64,000 nt of DNA from Podarcis vaucheri (taxonomy: Eukaryota), in the NCBI GenBank assembly GCA_965113315.1, contig OZ220368.1; one strand, 5' to 3'. This document shows positions 12,920 through 25,752 of this stretch, in pieces. A program made the translations under genes and the position numbers. A model generated the notes under the pieces. The model was not told where the DNA came from, did no database searches, and worked only from the letters and a program-made list of their open reading frames with translations. Positions within the stretch are counted from its first letter, which is position 1, and every line of letters begins with the position of its first letter.

Positions 12920-13063
12920 AGCTCACTTGGTTGGAACGTGGTGCTGATGGCACCATGGTTGCAGGTTTGATCCCCGTTAAGGGACAGCTGCACATTCCTG
13001 CGTCGCAGGGAGCTGGACTTGATGGTTCTCGGGGGTCCCTTCCAACTCTACAATCCTGTGATT
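12920..13063 (+). mobile_element. tRNA-Ile-like-headed SINE with CR1-type tail (Squam2-like)
   Basis: gctcacttggttggaacgtggtgctgatggcaccatggttgcaggtttgatcccc head plus gggtcccttccaactctacaatcctgtgatt tail. Confidence 0.7.
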
Positions 13064-15185
13064 TCGCCTGCTGAAGAATTCTTCAGAACTCCAAAGCTTA
13101 CTGACTTGCATATCTTGGGATCCCCCTGAGAAATTGCAGAACGTGAGGAACCAGCTTATGCTTTCAAAAGATGTCTTTGGATGGGTGCAAATGACTGCCC
13201 TGCTGCTTAAAGCCAGGGCTGCCCCACACTGTGTCCCTGCATAGCTCCTTTCCTCTACCTGGTCCTTCTTCCCTGCATAGGCTCCCTGCAGCCACGCATC
13301 TCTTCCCACTTCCTGTTGGCATGAAAATCTCTCGAATGCTTCCAATACAAGAACGCGGGGAAATGCAGCAGGGGTTTCCCCCTTTCATAGGTGCATGGGA
13401 GCAGAAGTGGATTAGGGCCTGGTGATTTGCAGCAGGAGTTGGGCTCACATCTGTTTATATGCCGCTTGCTGTGTGGAGACTGGTGTGCAAGGTCTAATAA
13501 GTTGAGCCGGCATATCTGAGCTGCAGGAAGTGGAAAAGGCACGTTGAACTGGAATGTGTCCTTGACTATAGAACATTGCATAGATTTTCAGGCAGGGCTC
13601 GGCCAAACGTCTCATTGCGACATGCTTGTTGCAAGCCTAGATTCAGCTTTGGAAAAGCTGAATGTTCTGTACTCTTAAAACATGTTTGTGTTTTTTTTCT
13701 TTAAACAAAACTTAGTCTGTTGCTATTAGCAACAACTTTAGTATGTGTGCACCCCTTCACATAGTAGCGCAGACTTGGCCTTGTTCTCTTTCCTAGCTTT
13801 GGCTTTTCCTTGCTGCATTGCTGCACATTCTTTTTACGTAACAAAACACTAAGCTGCTGTAGAAAATCGTGGGTTGCTGGACATGGTAAGCCTTGCTGTG
13901 ACTTGCTAGCATGACTTGACCATGCAGGTTCTGGGCTACAGCTTGTGGTTAGCGAGGGGAGAGATGAACCAGGAAACTGGGTTCAGACAGCACACTATGC
14001 CATAGTTCAGCATACCACACTGAATGGACAAGTTCCTAAATTTTCCATTCTGGATGTTTTGTAGAATTCCCTTAGCCGTGGTTTGTGCCAGAGGCCCGGG
14101 GTTGTGACAACTGGTGGAACAGGCAGCAAAGGAATTGCTATGTCGACAACTCAAAAACTTTACACATTGGCCCTGACTGTAGCAGAAACGTAAGGCTTAC
14201 GTTCAACTCCAAAGACCTCCCAATTTTTTGACGGGGGGCAGGCAATTTTACCGGAGACCTCAAACAGAAAAGCTATTATGCCCTCAGATGTAATCATCCA
14301 TGGATGCTTGTAACTGGAAATGAGGATTAGACCAGGATTTATAAGGGAGAAAAGAAGTGATATAAACCAGATGATAATAGTGAAAAATGTGAAATTGAAG
14401 AAGTTACTTTTCTTCAGTTTGACTGCCTAGGTCACTAAACTACAACTCTATAAACTACAGCTAAACTACATTGGCCATGTTGGGTGGGGCCCGTGGGAGC
14501 TATAGTTTATAGCACCTGGAGGGATGCAACGTAGTCACCCTGGGAACTGCAGGTAGGTAAGGACATTTTGTGTATGAACTTGAGGCGCATACAATCACCA
14601 ATTTTTCCTTGATGTGGACACAGAAGCACTGCTTTTGGCTGCTCGGGAGGACTCTCCTGTAAGTGTGTCGCTATGGGAGGGGTGCAGTCAACAGGAGAGT
14701 CCCTGCTATTCCCTCATGCGCTCATTGAAGAGGAGAGGGCATTTGTTTGATTATCCTTGCAGCAAAGCATTTGTGCGCTCTTCCCTCCACGCATGAGGGG
14801 AGGATGCATGAAGCATCTGTCTTAACCGTTTGTAAAAAGAAGTAACAGCTTTCCATTTTTCAGAGGTGAGAACCTGGTCTCTGCAAACAGTAGCTTATCG
14901 GGGTAATTTGAGTAAATGCCACCCAAGAAATAACATTCCTACACAAAGTGGATGACTGCATTCCCTTCTCCCATTCAGCAGTCATGCCAAATGCCCTTGC
15001 GCTGCACAAGTCTTCATAATTCTGTAGCTTACAAGTATAAAAAAAGCTCAGGCGTTTTCATTGTGCAACTGGGGTTAAGCTTCTGAAACTAATGTTGTGG
15101 TGCTCCCAGCTTCCTTGCATCTATCGACGCTGCCAGGAATTGCTTCTGGGAACGAGCAAAGATGCTGCGGCTCTAATGGCAATGA

Positions 15186-15317
<132 letters not shown>

Positions 15318-15521
15318 TGACTTACTAAGGTGCTGCGTTGTTTTTCTTCTGTGTGAATAACATGGCAGAAAGCCTTTTAACAAGAGCCGACGAGTTGTTT
15401 AAAGGGCACAGTGTAATAGTGAGACACGGCGGAGCACCTAGCGGTATAAAAGGGGGTGGGGGCTTGGACTGGAAGTCAGACAACCTTCAAGAAATGAAAG
15501 TTGAAATAGACAAACTGGATA

Positions 15522-15855
15522 CAGTGGTGCCCCGCAAGACGAATGCCTCGCAAGACGGAAAACTCGCTAGACGAAAGAGTTTTCCGTTTTGGAGGTGCTT
15601 CGCAAAACGAATCTCCTATGGGCTTGCTTCGCAAGACAACAATGTCTTGCGAGTTCCTGCTGGTTTTCCCCCCTCCCCCCTTTTTCTAAGCCGCTAAGCC
15701 GCTTATCAGCTGATCCGATCAGCAGATAAGCCTCTAAAAGCCGCTAATAGCGCTAATCCACTAATCCTTCAATGGGCTTGCTTCGCAAGACGGAAAAAAC
15801 CGCTAGACGAAGAGAATCACAGAACGGATTCTTTTCGTCTTGCGAGGCACCACTG
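15522..15855. mobile_element. Tc1/mariner MITE, family B
   Basis: Same TIRs and TA TSD; nearly identical to 11023-11349. Confidence 0.9.
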
Positions 15856-17805
15856 TACCTTTGATTGAACTGGCAGTCTTGCTGCAAGTGCAGATGCCTC
15901 AAGATTCATAGAGGTCTGTTGAGAAGAAATCTTATTTGCTCACTTATTCACTTCAGGAAAACAAGTTAGGCAACTGGACTGTGCAAGCATATTTGGGCTG
16001 TATCCTGCTAACACGTTATTTAGGTGCAAGGATTTTCCCAGGTGCAATGGAACTTCATCCCCTCTCGTCCCCACATGCGTACCCTAAATCTGTTCTGGGG
16101 GGCGGGGTGTGCTTTTTTTGCAAAAACAGATCCCAGTTTTTTTCTTCCTTAAAAGACGAAGAAACAAAACACTGCTTCCGCCACGGCTTCCAACATTTCT
16201 GGGCATTTTATATCTCTAGCATGAACCAAACCAGCAAGAGGGATTTGTAAATAATGTTGGCCCTGTGGCATGCTTGAACACTGCAACTGCACTAATGTCA
16301 CCCCCACATCTAGCATACCCTTACAGCATAATGTAGGAATGGTGTGGCTTCGTATTCTCCACAGAGGAAGGCAGTGCTGGCTGAGCCACATCGGAAAATT
16401 ATCCATATTAGGTTGTGGTTAATACCTATGGATTTTGCATCTGTTGCTAGAGTTGGATGGTATCGCTGTGAAAAGTACTGATGAATCTTGCCCAGCGGCA
16501 AGGTCTACAATTTATTTATGCACGTTTATTTATTTTAATATTTACGGACGGCCTTTCAGGAATTAACTCTCCAAAAGTGGCTCACAACGTATTAGCATAG
16601 GGTTATATCCAACAAAGTCATTCTGTTAGTGCAAGAATATCTTGCTTGTGCAACAGGACTTTGTCTTTCTCTTCTCATGTTGCTGATCCCCCCCCCCCAA
16701 GATCTGTTCTGTGGGTTCCCCCACTTCTCCCAAGCAGGTTGCAGGCCATGGGGAGATCAGAGGGAGGGGAAGTTCCATTACACAAGTGGAACCCCTCGTG
16801 ATAACGGGGCAACTTCATTGCATATAACCAATAACGTTCACTCATAATGTAATTGCCAACAACAAATCTTCAATCTGTAAAGCACGAAAGCAGCTGCAAA
16901 ATATTCTAATAGCAGCAGGAGAGCAGTATAAATACAAAAAACAAGCAGCAAAGCCTAAGATTGTAAAAAGAACGCCAATTACATTGAAAAAGCTAAAAGG
17001 TTTTTTGGAACCAAAACAAAAATATGTGAATCAGATTTATAAATAGCATGTCCCTTTGACCCTAGCTTGTAGCATTAAAAGACATTTAACTCTTAAAGTA
17101 TGGTCCTGAGCATGAACATTGCTTATGAGAACTGGTCGACAGACCAAAATACCCCTTGAATTGAGCAGAAGTCATTTGAAATAATCTGGAATGCAGTTGT
17201 CAGTGTCCTAATAACCCTCTCTCTCTCTCGCACACACACGCACACACACACACACACAAATTGGAAATGTCAGCATTTACCTGTTCTTTAATTTGCAAAC
17301 TTGCTATCTAGGGGGTGCCGCCTCTGTGGGAGGCTGTGGTTAATCCCAGTGGCTTGCATTTGTGAACGATTTTGCCCTTTACCAGAAGCAAACAGCTCTG
17401 CTGTTTGCGATGTTCAGATTGCTTCTGGGGCACATTGCATGCAACCCACAGCCAAGCACAATAGGTGGAACCAGTTGGCCTAGCTAATAGCAGTCCCACT
17501 GCATTTTTGCTCAATGGCATGTGCTCCTCGTGGGAAACAAAACCTTATGCAAGCAGAACTAGCCTGTGCAGTTCGCCCTGTGCCATCTGGGAGCACACTG
17601 TGTGAATGTTCCATCCGAATGCTCACTGTTTGCCAATAAGCCAAGCCAAAATCTGTAGGAGCAAGCCTCACCCCTTTCTCCCCAGGCAAATCCCTCTTAT
17701 CCAAGTGGATCGCTCAACTCGTTAGAGCATGGTGCTGATAAGAGCAGGTTCAATCCCCGTATGGGGCAGTTGTGTATTCCTGCATTGCAGGGGGTTGGAC
17801 TAGAT

Positions 17806-18058
17806 CAGGGGTCAGCAACTTAAGACCCATGGGCCAGAAGTGGCCCGTGGAGGTTGTTTGACCAGCCCACAAGCCGCCCCCAAACCAAGGTGCGCGCTGC
17901 GCTAAACCGGCGTGGCGACTCGCTTCCGCGGCACTGAAAATCGTGACTGCGCAGGTTCAGACACCGAAAATTGTGGGGTGCATGCGATCAATCCAGCCCA
18001 CGGAGGGATTTCCGTGGGACCCATCTGGCCCAGGCAAGATAAACCTTGCTGACCCCTG
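17806..18058. mobile_element. hAT (Charlie-type) MITE inserted in a tRNA SINE
   Basis: 13-bp TIR CAGGGGTCAGCAA / TTGCTGACCCCTG; 8-bp TSD GACTAGAT (17798-17805, 18059-18066); host SINE spans about 17710-18095. Confidence 0.9.
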
Positions 18059-18632
18059 GACTAGATGATCCTTCCAGCTCTGCAGTTCCATGGTTCTCCC
18101 TGCCCATATCCGCCAGCGAAAAGTTGCATGGAGCGGTGGGCATGCGCCAGCCAGCTCTAATTCAACACCACCCCACCATTCCTGTTTCAAAGCATAGAAG
18201 GCCTAGGGAGATTGGGGGGGGGGGCACTTTGACACTTCATAGTCAAGTCTCTTCCAAGTGGAAAGATAGCAGGCGTCACTGCACGACTTCCCAGCTATCT
18301 TCGCCCATCTCTGCAGCATTGCAGTCGGAGGGAAACGCCGGCTGTTCCTCACATTCAGCAGAAGATGACACCATGCTTGTCATGGCTGGGAGATTCATTA
18401 AAGCCTGTTATTGGCCCTTCTGAAACTTTCTCGGAAGTGTTTCAGAATGCTAGATAGACTTTTCCTTATTTATTTATTTTTTACGAATGATCCATGTAAT
18501 GGGGGGGGGTTCACTTTGCTTCTGGAAGGTATCTTGGACATTGGAGAGACATCGGGGAAACAAACTGCATAGTACTGAAGAAGACTTCATTCTTTTAAAA
18601 TTTAACTTTTTCTTCCGTTCTGTGTGTTTTAG

Positions 18633-18734
<102 letters not shown>

Positions 18735-19359
18735 TGAACTTGACACAGCTGCTGCTTATAAGTAAAAGGTAGTGTCTGAAATATCTAGACTCTTAAACCA
18801 GCTTTATATTTCAAGGCCCAAACATAAGGCTGCGGTTTATTCAGAAACTATATTAAACGTTCAAAACAAATCTTCCCAGCAAAGAGGCATTTTTATAGTC
18901 AATTTAAAATATTTTTGTAGATTATAATAAAATTGATTTAAACATGATCGATTTACTGTGGGTGAAGCTGAATTTCTTCATTATGTTCCCTGCTTTTTCT
19001 TCTCTCACAACAGAATCATGTCATGGGCACATCATTATTAAAACTGCACCTGTGCTTTACATAGGATTGTGCATTGCAATTCTGCAGTCACAGCCATGCC
19101 TTTAGATATATGGTGGTTGTTTTTCTGGCGCTTAGTCCTCTAACAATGTAAAAGGTGGAATTACAGCATATTGCAATAGAGTAGACTGTGGACTCCACGT
19201 TTCTGCTTTTTCCCTTTTAATCCGTAAAAGTTGCAATGGCAGGAGACTAGGCTGCAAATAGTAGCTTTAGCCATTGCTCTTAGTATTCCAGACTGTGATG
19301 CAATTTCAGCGTCAGATAAGAAATAGAACATTCCACAAGTCGCCAAGGAAGGGTGTGTT

Positions 19360-19690
19360 TAGGTAACTGCTGCCTCCTGCGCTGTTTTCGCTGCGCTTGC
19401 AGCACCGAAGTGACATCAAGCCTGGGCAGTGGTGTATGGAGGTCCTGGGCTGCCCAGAGAACAAGTCGCTGATGTGGTCCAAAGCAAAGCAGCACATTTA
19501 GCACCAGCTTGGCTGCAGGAGTTGCCGGAAAGAGGCATACAAGACGCTATCCAACTGCCTTAGGGACTGCACTCTGGATTTGTGTAGGGTTTAATTCCTT
19601 AGCTTTTTCTTCTCCCGAAGATGTCACACAACGCAGTGAGGGTCCAGGATCATAGTTTTTCTTCTAGATGGGCTACCTCACCAGCTTGAC
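19360..19690 (-). mobile_element. RTE-clade LINE 5' region fragment
   Basis: Motifs gcaccagcttggctgcaggagttgccggaa, gactgcactctggatttg and ttctagatgggctacct resemble recalled reptile/avian RTE 5'UTRs. Confidence 0.4.
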
Positions 19691-20322
19691 ACAGGACACT
19701 TCCAACAATCTGAGAGGTGTTCCTGGACACTGGCTTTGCTTTTTGAACACATAAATACCCTTGTGCCTGGCTGGTCACTCAGATCTTTGGGCCCTGTTTG
19801 CAATCGCAGTTGTCAGCCATTGCAAAATGGGTGCAATGAGGAACCCATATTTAGAACTTGGGTCTTTGTGTACTGTGTGAAAAATAATGAAGGCTGGGAA
19901 CTATTGAGAGAATAAGGAAGTAGTCTGCGCAGTGATTACAAATATCCCTAGAAACTTAATACTCCTTTTCACTAGAGCACTAACATTAAGACTTCAAGTA
20001 GAATAGGTATCTGTAGGAGGCTGTTGGCACCTCTGTCTCTCACACAAGCACAACTCTCCATCTACCAACCCAGAGATGAGGGAACAGTAGTTGGGGCAAG
20101 GCAATGGGATTTCAAAAATAGTCATAGATACAGCATGCAAAGCGTTCCGGCTCCCTGGGGCTGATGGGAGTTGTAGTCCAAAACATCTGGAATGTACTAG
20201 GTTGGGGAAGGCTGACTGAGATTGTTGGCTGTCCTAAGTGCTTTGTAAAGAGAGGAACGATAGGATTTGAAGTGCCCTAAATGAAAACAAACTTTCTGTT
20301 GTTGTTGTTTTTGTCTCAACAG

Positions 20323-20499
20323 CATGATGTAGAAATAAATAAAATTATATCCACAGCTGCAACAAAGACAGAATCTTCTGTAATGTCTAAATCATTAAGT
20401 TCTTCTTTGGATGACAGCGAAGTTAAGAAAGTAATGGAAGAATGTAAGAGGCTTCAGTTAGAAGTTCAGAGGTTACGAGAGGAGAATAAACAATTTAAG
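20323..20499 (+). CDS. VAPB: VAPB exon 5 (linker and coiled coil)
   Basis: ctcaacAG|CATGAT...TTTAAG|GTaagg; 177 nt, phase 0-0; [11 protein letters not shown]...[27 protein letters not shown]. Confidence 0.97.
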
Positions 20500-21207
20500 G
20501 TAAGGTCAACCCATTGACACTTAGGACAAAGTTAAAGTATTGGCATGTATTGCAAACTGCCTGGCATGGTTGTGTTTTTGTTGGGCATTTAATAACACCT
20601 GGGGATTTGTTTCATGCTGGTTCAGACACCACTCCTAAGTAACAGAGGTGCATTCATCTAAATTATTGTGGTGGTGGAGGCCAGTACAGAGATTCCTGCT
20701 TGTGCAACAGGAATTCTGCCCTCTCCTTCCCTGCCAGGGCTGGGGGAACTCCAAGAAGAGATTTTGGGGGTGGGGGGGGAGGAGAGGGGCAGAAGCTTCC
20801 CTCTCAAAAGGAAAATCCTTGCACTGGTGCAGGCTACATAGAATACAACCAATACAGTAGTTTGTTTTAAGTCATTAATTATGTTGGGTGCTGCATCTCC
20901 CAGTACAAACAAGACACGGTATGGTTTGTGCCATTGGATACTATAGCTTGTTTGTTTCCAACAAACCACAAGCGGTAGGCCAGAAATAAGCCGAGGTTCG
21001 TTGTCCTTGGTTTACTTCTGGTTTACTGATCATGGTTTGTTTGAAATAAGCCACAATCCAGGTTCACATGATAAGCCGTACCACGCTTGTTCTGGGGTAT
21101 GGCTTATTGGGAGAAGGTGAGCAGCAGGAACATTCACAATTAAGCCATGGTTTAAAACAAACAATAGCTTTTTGTTGTTTTAACCTGGCCTTGCCCTGAT
21201 CTATTAA

Positions 21208-21559
21208 GGGACGCGGGTGGCGCTGTGGGTTAATGCGCAGAGTCTAGGACTTGCCGATCAGAAGGTCGGCGGTTTGAATCCCCGTGACGGGGTGAGCTCC
21301 CGTTGCTCGGTCCCTGCTCCTGCCAACCTAGCATTTTGAAAGCACGTCAAAGTGCAAGTTGATAAATAGGTACCGCTCAGGCGGGAGGGTAAACGGCGTT
21401 TCCGTGCGCTGCTCTGGTTCGCCAGAAGCGGCTTAGTCATGCTGGCCACATGACCTGGAAGCTGTACGCCGGCTCCCTCGGACAATAAAGCGAGATGAGC
21501 GCCGCAACCCCAGAGTCGGTCACGACTGGACCTAACGGTCAGGGGTCCCTTTACCTTTA
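21208..21559 (+). mobile_element. Sauria SINE (Squam1/POM type)
   Basis: GGGACGCGGGTGGCGCTGTGGGTTAA head, GGTCAGGGGTCCCTTTACCTTTA tail; 12-bp TSD CCCTGATCTATT. Confidence 0.95.
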
Positions 21560-22155
21560 CCCTGATCTATTGTTGTGTATTAGACAGTTGTTAGCCACTC
21601 TAAGTGCCTTTTGGCCAGAGAACAGGGCAGTAATTATTTGAGTGAATCTGTGAAATTAGTTAATGCATAAAATCTACCACAGTAGTGAATGATGGCAAAA
21701 TGAGTAACAACAAGCTTAACTAGAAGACGTGGGGTTTTTTTTTAACCATGGTTAATCTGTTAGTGACAGATTGTAGGTTCGTGTGCTGTCTTTTCCCATC
21801 ACTTCCATTCTGGTCCAAATTTCTCCTGGCTGCCCATGGTTTCTTATAGCATTGGCACTTGCATTAAACAGAGGTTAGAGCTGACTGCAGTTCCTGATCA
21901 ATCCAGCTTGGGGGGGGGGGACTGTTTTTGGATTAGCAGGAACAGTTTTTAACAGGAACTGTTTTTGTTTAGCAGGAACAGTTAGGTCAGTTTTGGGCCT
22001 GGCAGAGCGGAGTTTTCTGCTTGGAAAAGGGAGCACATTATCTCACCCCAGATTGTTTACATCTCAGCACAGAATTGAGGCTGAGCTGCTAATGCACACT
22101 TTTGCTCAGTGCATTTATTTATTTTTTTAATCTCCATAAATTATCCTTGCTGCAG

Positions 22156-22314
22156 GAAGAAGATGGACTGCGGATGAGGAAGGCGCCCCAGACAAACCAC
22201 CCGGGCTTTGCTTCAGCACCTGTTGTGAAGGAAGAGGGGCTCAGCACTAGACTACTTGCCCTGGTGGTACTGTTCTTCATCATTGGCGTCATTATAGGGA
22301 AAATCGCCTTGTAG
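22156..22314 (+). CDS. VAPB: VAPB exon 6, coding part (tail anchor, stop TAG)
   Basis: ttgctgcAG|GAAGAAGAT; EEDGLRMRK...[20 protein letters not shown], with a GxxxG motif in the TM helix; exon sizes 153/104/81/177/159 match the recalled human VAPB structure. Confidence 0.97.
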   Translation, partial: EEDGLRMRKAPQTNHPGFASAPVVKEEGLSTRLLALVVLFFIIGVIIGKIAL

Positions 22315-24342
22315 AGGCAGCATGCTGAGGATTGTAAATTGGATTGATGGATCTGCCATATCATTGGTATTAAATTTATTCATAACAAATGTTTAAAAAA
22401 AAATGTATGACATCTCACAGGTCTTGCCTTTTAAATTTTTACCCCTGCACAAATATAACATTAACATAACATAATCTTCTAGAAAGCATAAAACGTACAA
22501 GGAGGTTGAGCAGGAGAAGAGAGGCGAGTTACATCTTGGTTGCGAGCAGTGAGGACAAAATCATGTATTTTAACACTATAAAGGTGCATTTTGTGTGTGT
22601 GTGTGGGTTTTTCTGTTTGTTTTTTTTTAAGTTAAACTTCAAAGAGTTATTGGACCTTCATCCCAATTACTGGACTTCTCTTCTTTGGAGGGGGGAAAAA
22701 GAAAAAGTTCCTCCGTTGAAAAAGAGTAGATCCTTCTGGTTATTTAGAGGTTGGCTTTCAGGCAGGTGAGGTTGATGGCGTTATTGTAAAATAGGCTAAC
22801 CCACCATTCCTCCTCCTCTTAAATTTTAACAGTTCTGTCAAGTGGGTGTGACTTGGGTCTCAGCAGTGTAACTCCCCAAGCAGCTGTTTATTCACCCTGA
22901 ACTCTCTTTAAGTGTGACCCTGCCTCTCTATGTCCTGCGTCATTCGCAGGAGCTGTGAACCACTAACTGGGCAGCTTGGACGTTGAGGAGAGAGGACTTG
23001 GAGCAGGTTCATGATCCAGAAGGGTGCCAGCAGCACCGGGTTTCTGAAATTTGGCCCTGGCCAGTCTTATGTATAGAAAAGGGGCGACCAAAAGTTTTTG
23101 GAGGCCGTAGCAGGAGGAGTGGAAGGCGAGAGGGTCACCCACATGCTTTTTGCTCATGTCAGTCTAGTAGTGAGGAAACCTAATTGCCAGTGGTGGTTTG
23201 GAAACACAAGGAGCCTACTTTCCAGCTGTGGTCAACTCAACGGGTTACACCAGATGTGCTCCGATTTGAACTGCGGGTGTGATTTTCTTAGCCAGGCTTT
23301 GTCGGAAAGAGGAGCGTTGCAATGAGCCATCGCATTTTGTATCTCAACCCTCCCGTCTTGCTAAAATAGTTTCTTCCTGTCCCTCTGTTTCCAGTCAAGA
23401 TGGCATCATGTTTAATGGGGACCATGCACCTCTTGCCTCGTCCATCGCATCCTTTTTGCATCCTCCGCTTGCCGCATCCATCAGCAAACCTTTCCTCCTC
23501 TGCTTGCACCCTCGGCAGACTCTCACAAGCTTAGCCACATAATGCATTGCACATTTGGGGGGGAGGGAGTGGCTTTCCTTTGCCATTTACCTTCTCGTGA
23601 AGCTTTTGGAGAACAGGTTTCTGTCCTGAACTATAGAAGAAAGGCTGTCAGGGATTTGGTCTTCTGGACCTGAGAAGGAAGGGGACTTGCTGTTCTGTGC
23701 CCATCAGTAGCACAGCTTAGTTCAGTCTCTGGGGCATTCTCCGTTTCTCAACAGCTCAGTTCGAGAGAGAAATAACATGCTCCTCCTTTGCCCATCAGCT
23801 GTTTAGTGCTGGCTTCCTTGAATGGTGCTGCACCCAAGGAATAAGAGTCTCTTGGACCTATAACTGGCTGAAAAGGGGACATGTGCATGGAAGAACTTGG
23901 GGGCAAAGGTCATGAATCTTAAGCAACCTGGTTGTCTCGTTTGTGGGACGGTAGGTCTAGACCAGCCTTCCTTTCGACCACTCTCCAGCTGTTGCTAGAT
24001 CCCAGCTCTCCTCATCCCTGACCAATGGCCATGCTGGTTGAGGCTGATGGGGAGTTGGGAGAACAGCAACACCCGCAGGGCACCAGGTTGAGTACGTTTG
24101 GTTTAGCACCACTGGTATTAACATACCAATCAATGGAAAGCTGAAAGGAGCTGAATGCAGCCCCATTGAACAGTGTGGGAAATGCCACTGGACAGTCACC
24201 TGTGGGGCAGGTTGCGTGGGGCGAGGAGGGTCAATGCCTCGTTCTAAAAGGGGACCAAGCTACTGTTTGCTGTTGGTTCACGTAGCTGAGTTAAAGTCCT
24301 TTATATCCAAATGTTTAATGCATATTTAACTTATTTAATACG

Positions 24343-24533
24343 CAGTCAACTCTCAACTTACGTTCCAGGGATAGCTCATGAAGCCAAAATCTCATATACT
24401 CAAAACACATAGTCCCTGCACCTCCAAATGCTCTCCCAAGCTCACTGCAGTGGCAGGTGGGATTGCTGGTGCCCCCCTCTCTTTAATTTTTTTGTTTTTA
24501 AGTTTAAATGCACGTTAAGTTGCAAGCTGACTG
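24343..24533. mobile_element. Old Tc1/mariner (Tigger-like) MITE in the VAPB 3'UTR
   Basis: Imperfect TIRs CAGTCAACTCTCAACTTACGT / ACGTTAAGTTGCAAGCTGACTG, followed by TA. Confidence 0.65.
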
Positions 24534-24874
24534 TATTTCATCTCATGTTTCCTTTACCGTCACAGAAGTTTGACTACTGTTATAAATGGTTAAAAAAGAG
24601 AGAAAAGGCACCTGTTCAAAGTTGGTGAATAGAACTAAATTTTCCTTTTGTTGCTGTAGTAACGATGGACTCTTCCTCCTCCTGATGCTTTGGGCACGAC
24701 ATAATTCTCACTTTCGACCATCTAAACATTGGGGGAAACAGCGGTCAGGAAAACTGTTTTTGTATATAAAAATAAGTCTATGTAGGGGAAAAAATTAGTA
24801 GGAATTAGTTCTATGCTGTTAAAAACAAAAAGACCAATCCTGTTTGACTATGTAGCATCTTTAAAAAAAAATCA

Positions 24875-24880
24875 AATAAA
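24875..24880 (+). terminator. VAPB proximal polyadenylation signal
   Basis: AATAAA right after the block tgtttgactatgtagcatct, followed by GT/T-rich sequence (gttctgtccctgttttgattg); the block resembles the recalled end of the human short VAPB 3'UTR. Confidence 0.65.
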
Positions 24881-25473
24881 TCTACCCCCAAACGAATGGA
24901 GTTCTGTCCCTGTTTTGATTGCTTCATTTTGTGCTTCAATGCTGCGAAAGTGAATTGTCCGTAACGAGACCTTAAGTTGCCTAGTTTTGATTACCACTTT
25001 TTCCTAACTTAATTTTGTTTCCAAACACATAACAAGTAGCAACTTAAGTAAGAATGTGACTTACCTTTTTTTGAAGAGGACGTGTCATGCACAAATAGGA
25101 AAAAAAAGTCTTCTCTACGGAAGTTATGGATGGACAGCATTGAGTTGCTTACAAGTGATCACCACTATAAAAGTCTGCCACCTATAAGATTGCTTCTGCT
25201 GTTTGGATCACAGATTTAGCCTGCAGCTTTTACAGCCTTCATCTTCCGGGAGTTGACAATGCTGTCCATCATACCTGTGGTGCTTTTAACCATTGCAGTA
25301 CTGCTGCAGGAAGTGCAGTTTTCTATGGGTTCATGCCACCGTGCAGGTAAAGGCCCACAGCCAAATAGAACTAGGCCATGAGATTAACCCACAGAAATCA
25401 AGGGTGCTTTAGTTGAGATTGCTGCGTTGCAGGAGGGTTGGAGTAGATGAACTGAGGATTTGGTCATGTGGAA

Positions 25474-25752
25474 ACTAGCTGCACCAATATTGGATAGGGA
25501 GAATCTGTCTTGTCAGCAGTACATGTGAAAAGGATCTAGGGGTCTGACTCAACATCAGGAAGAGCTTTCTAAGAGCTATTTGATGGTGGAACAGGAGGTT
25601 GTGGACTTTCCATCCTTGGACATTTTAAAGCAGGTTGGATCGCCATCTGCCTTGGGTCCTTTAACTGAGATTCTTGCATTGCAGGGGGCTGGACTAGATG
25701 ACCCTTGGAAATCCCTTCCAACTCTACACTTCTAGGAGTCCATGATTCTAAG
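25474..25752 (+). mobile_element. CR1 LINE 3' fragment, internally deleted
   Basis: gcagtacatgtgaaaaggatctaggggtct, aacatcaggaagagctttct and cccttccaactcta..catgattcta are CR1 ORF2/3'UTR hallmarks. Confidence 0.75.

Noticed and set aside
21258-21485. Recurrent similar ORFs (GAGVQLPGHVASMTKPLL...) suggesting a gene family
   Set aside because: All are chance translations of Sauria SINE copies.
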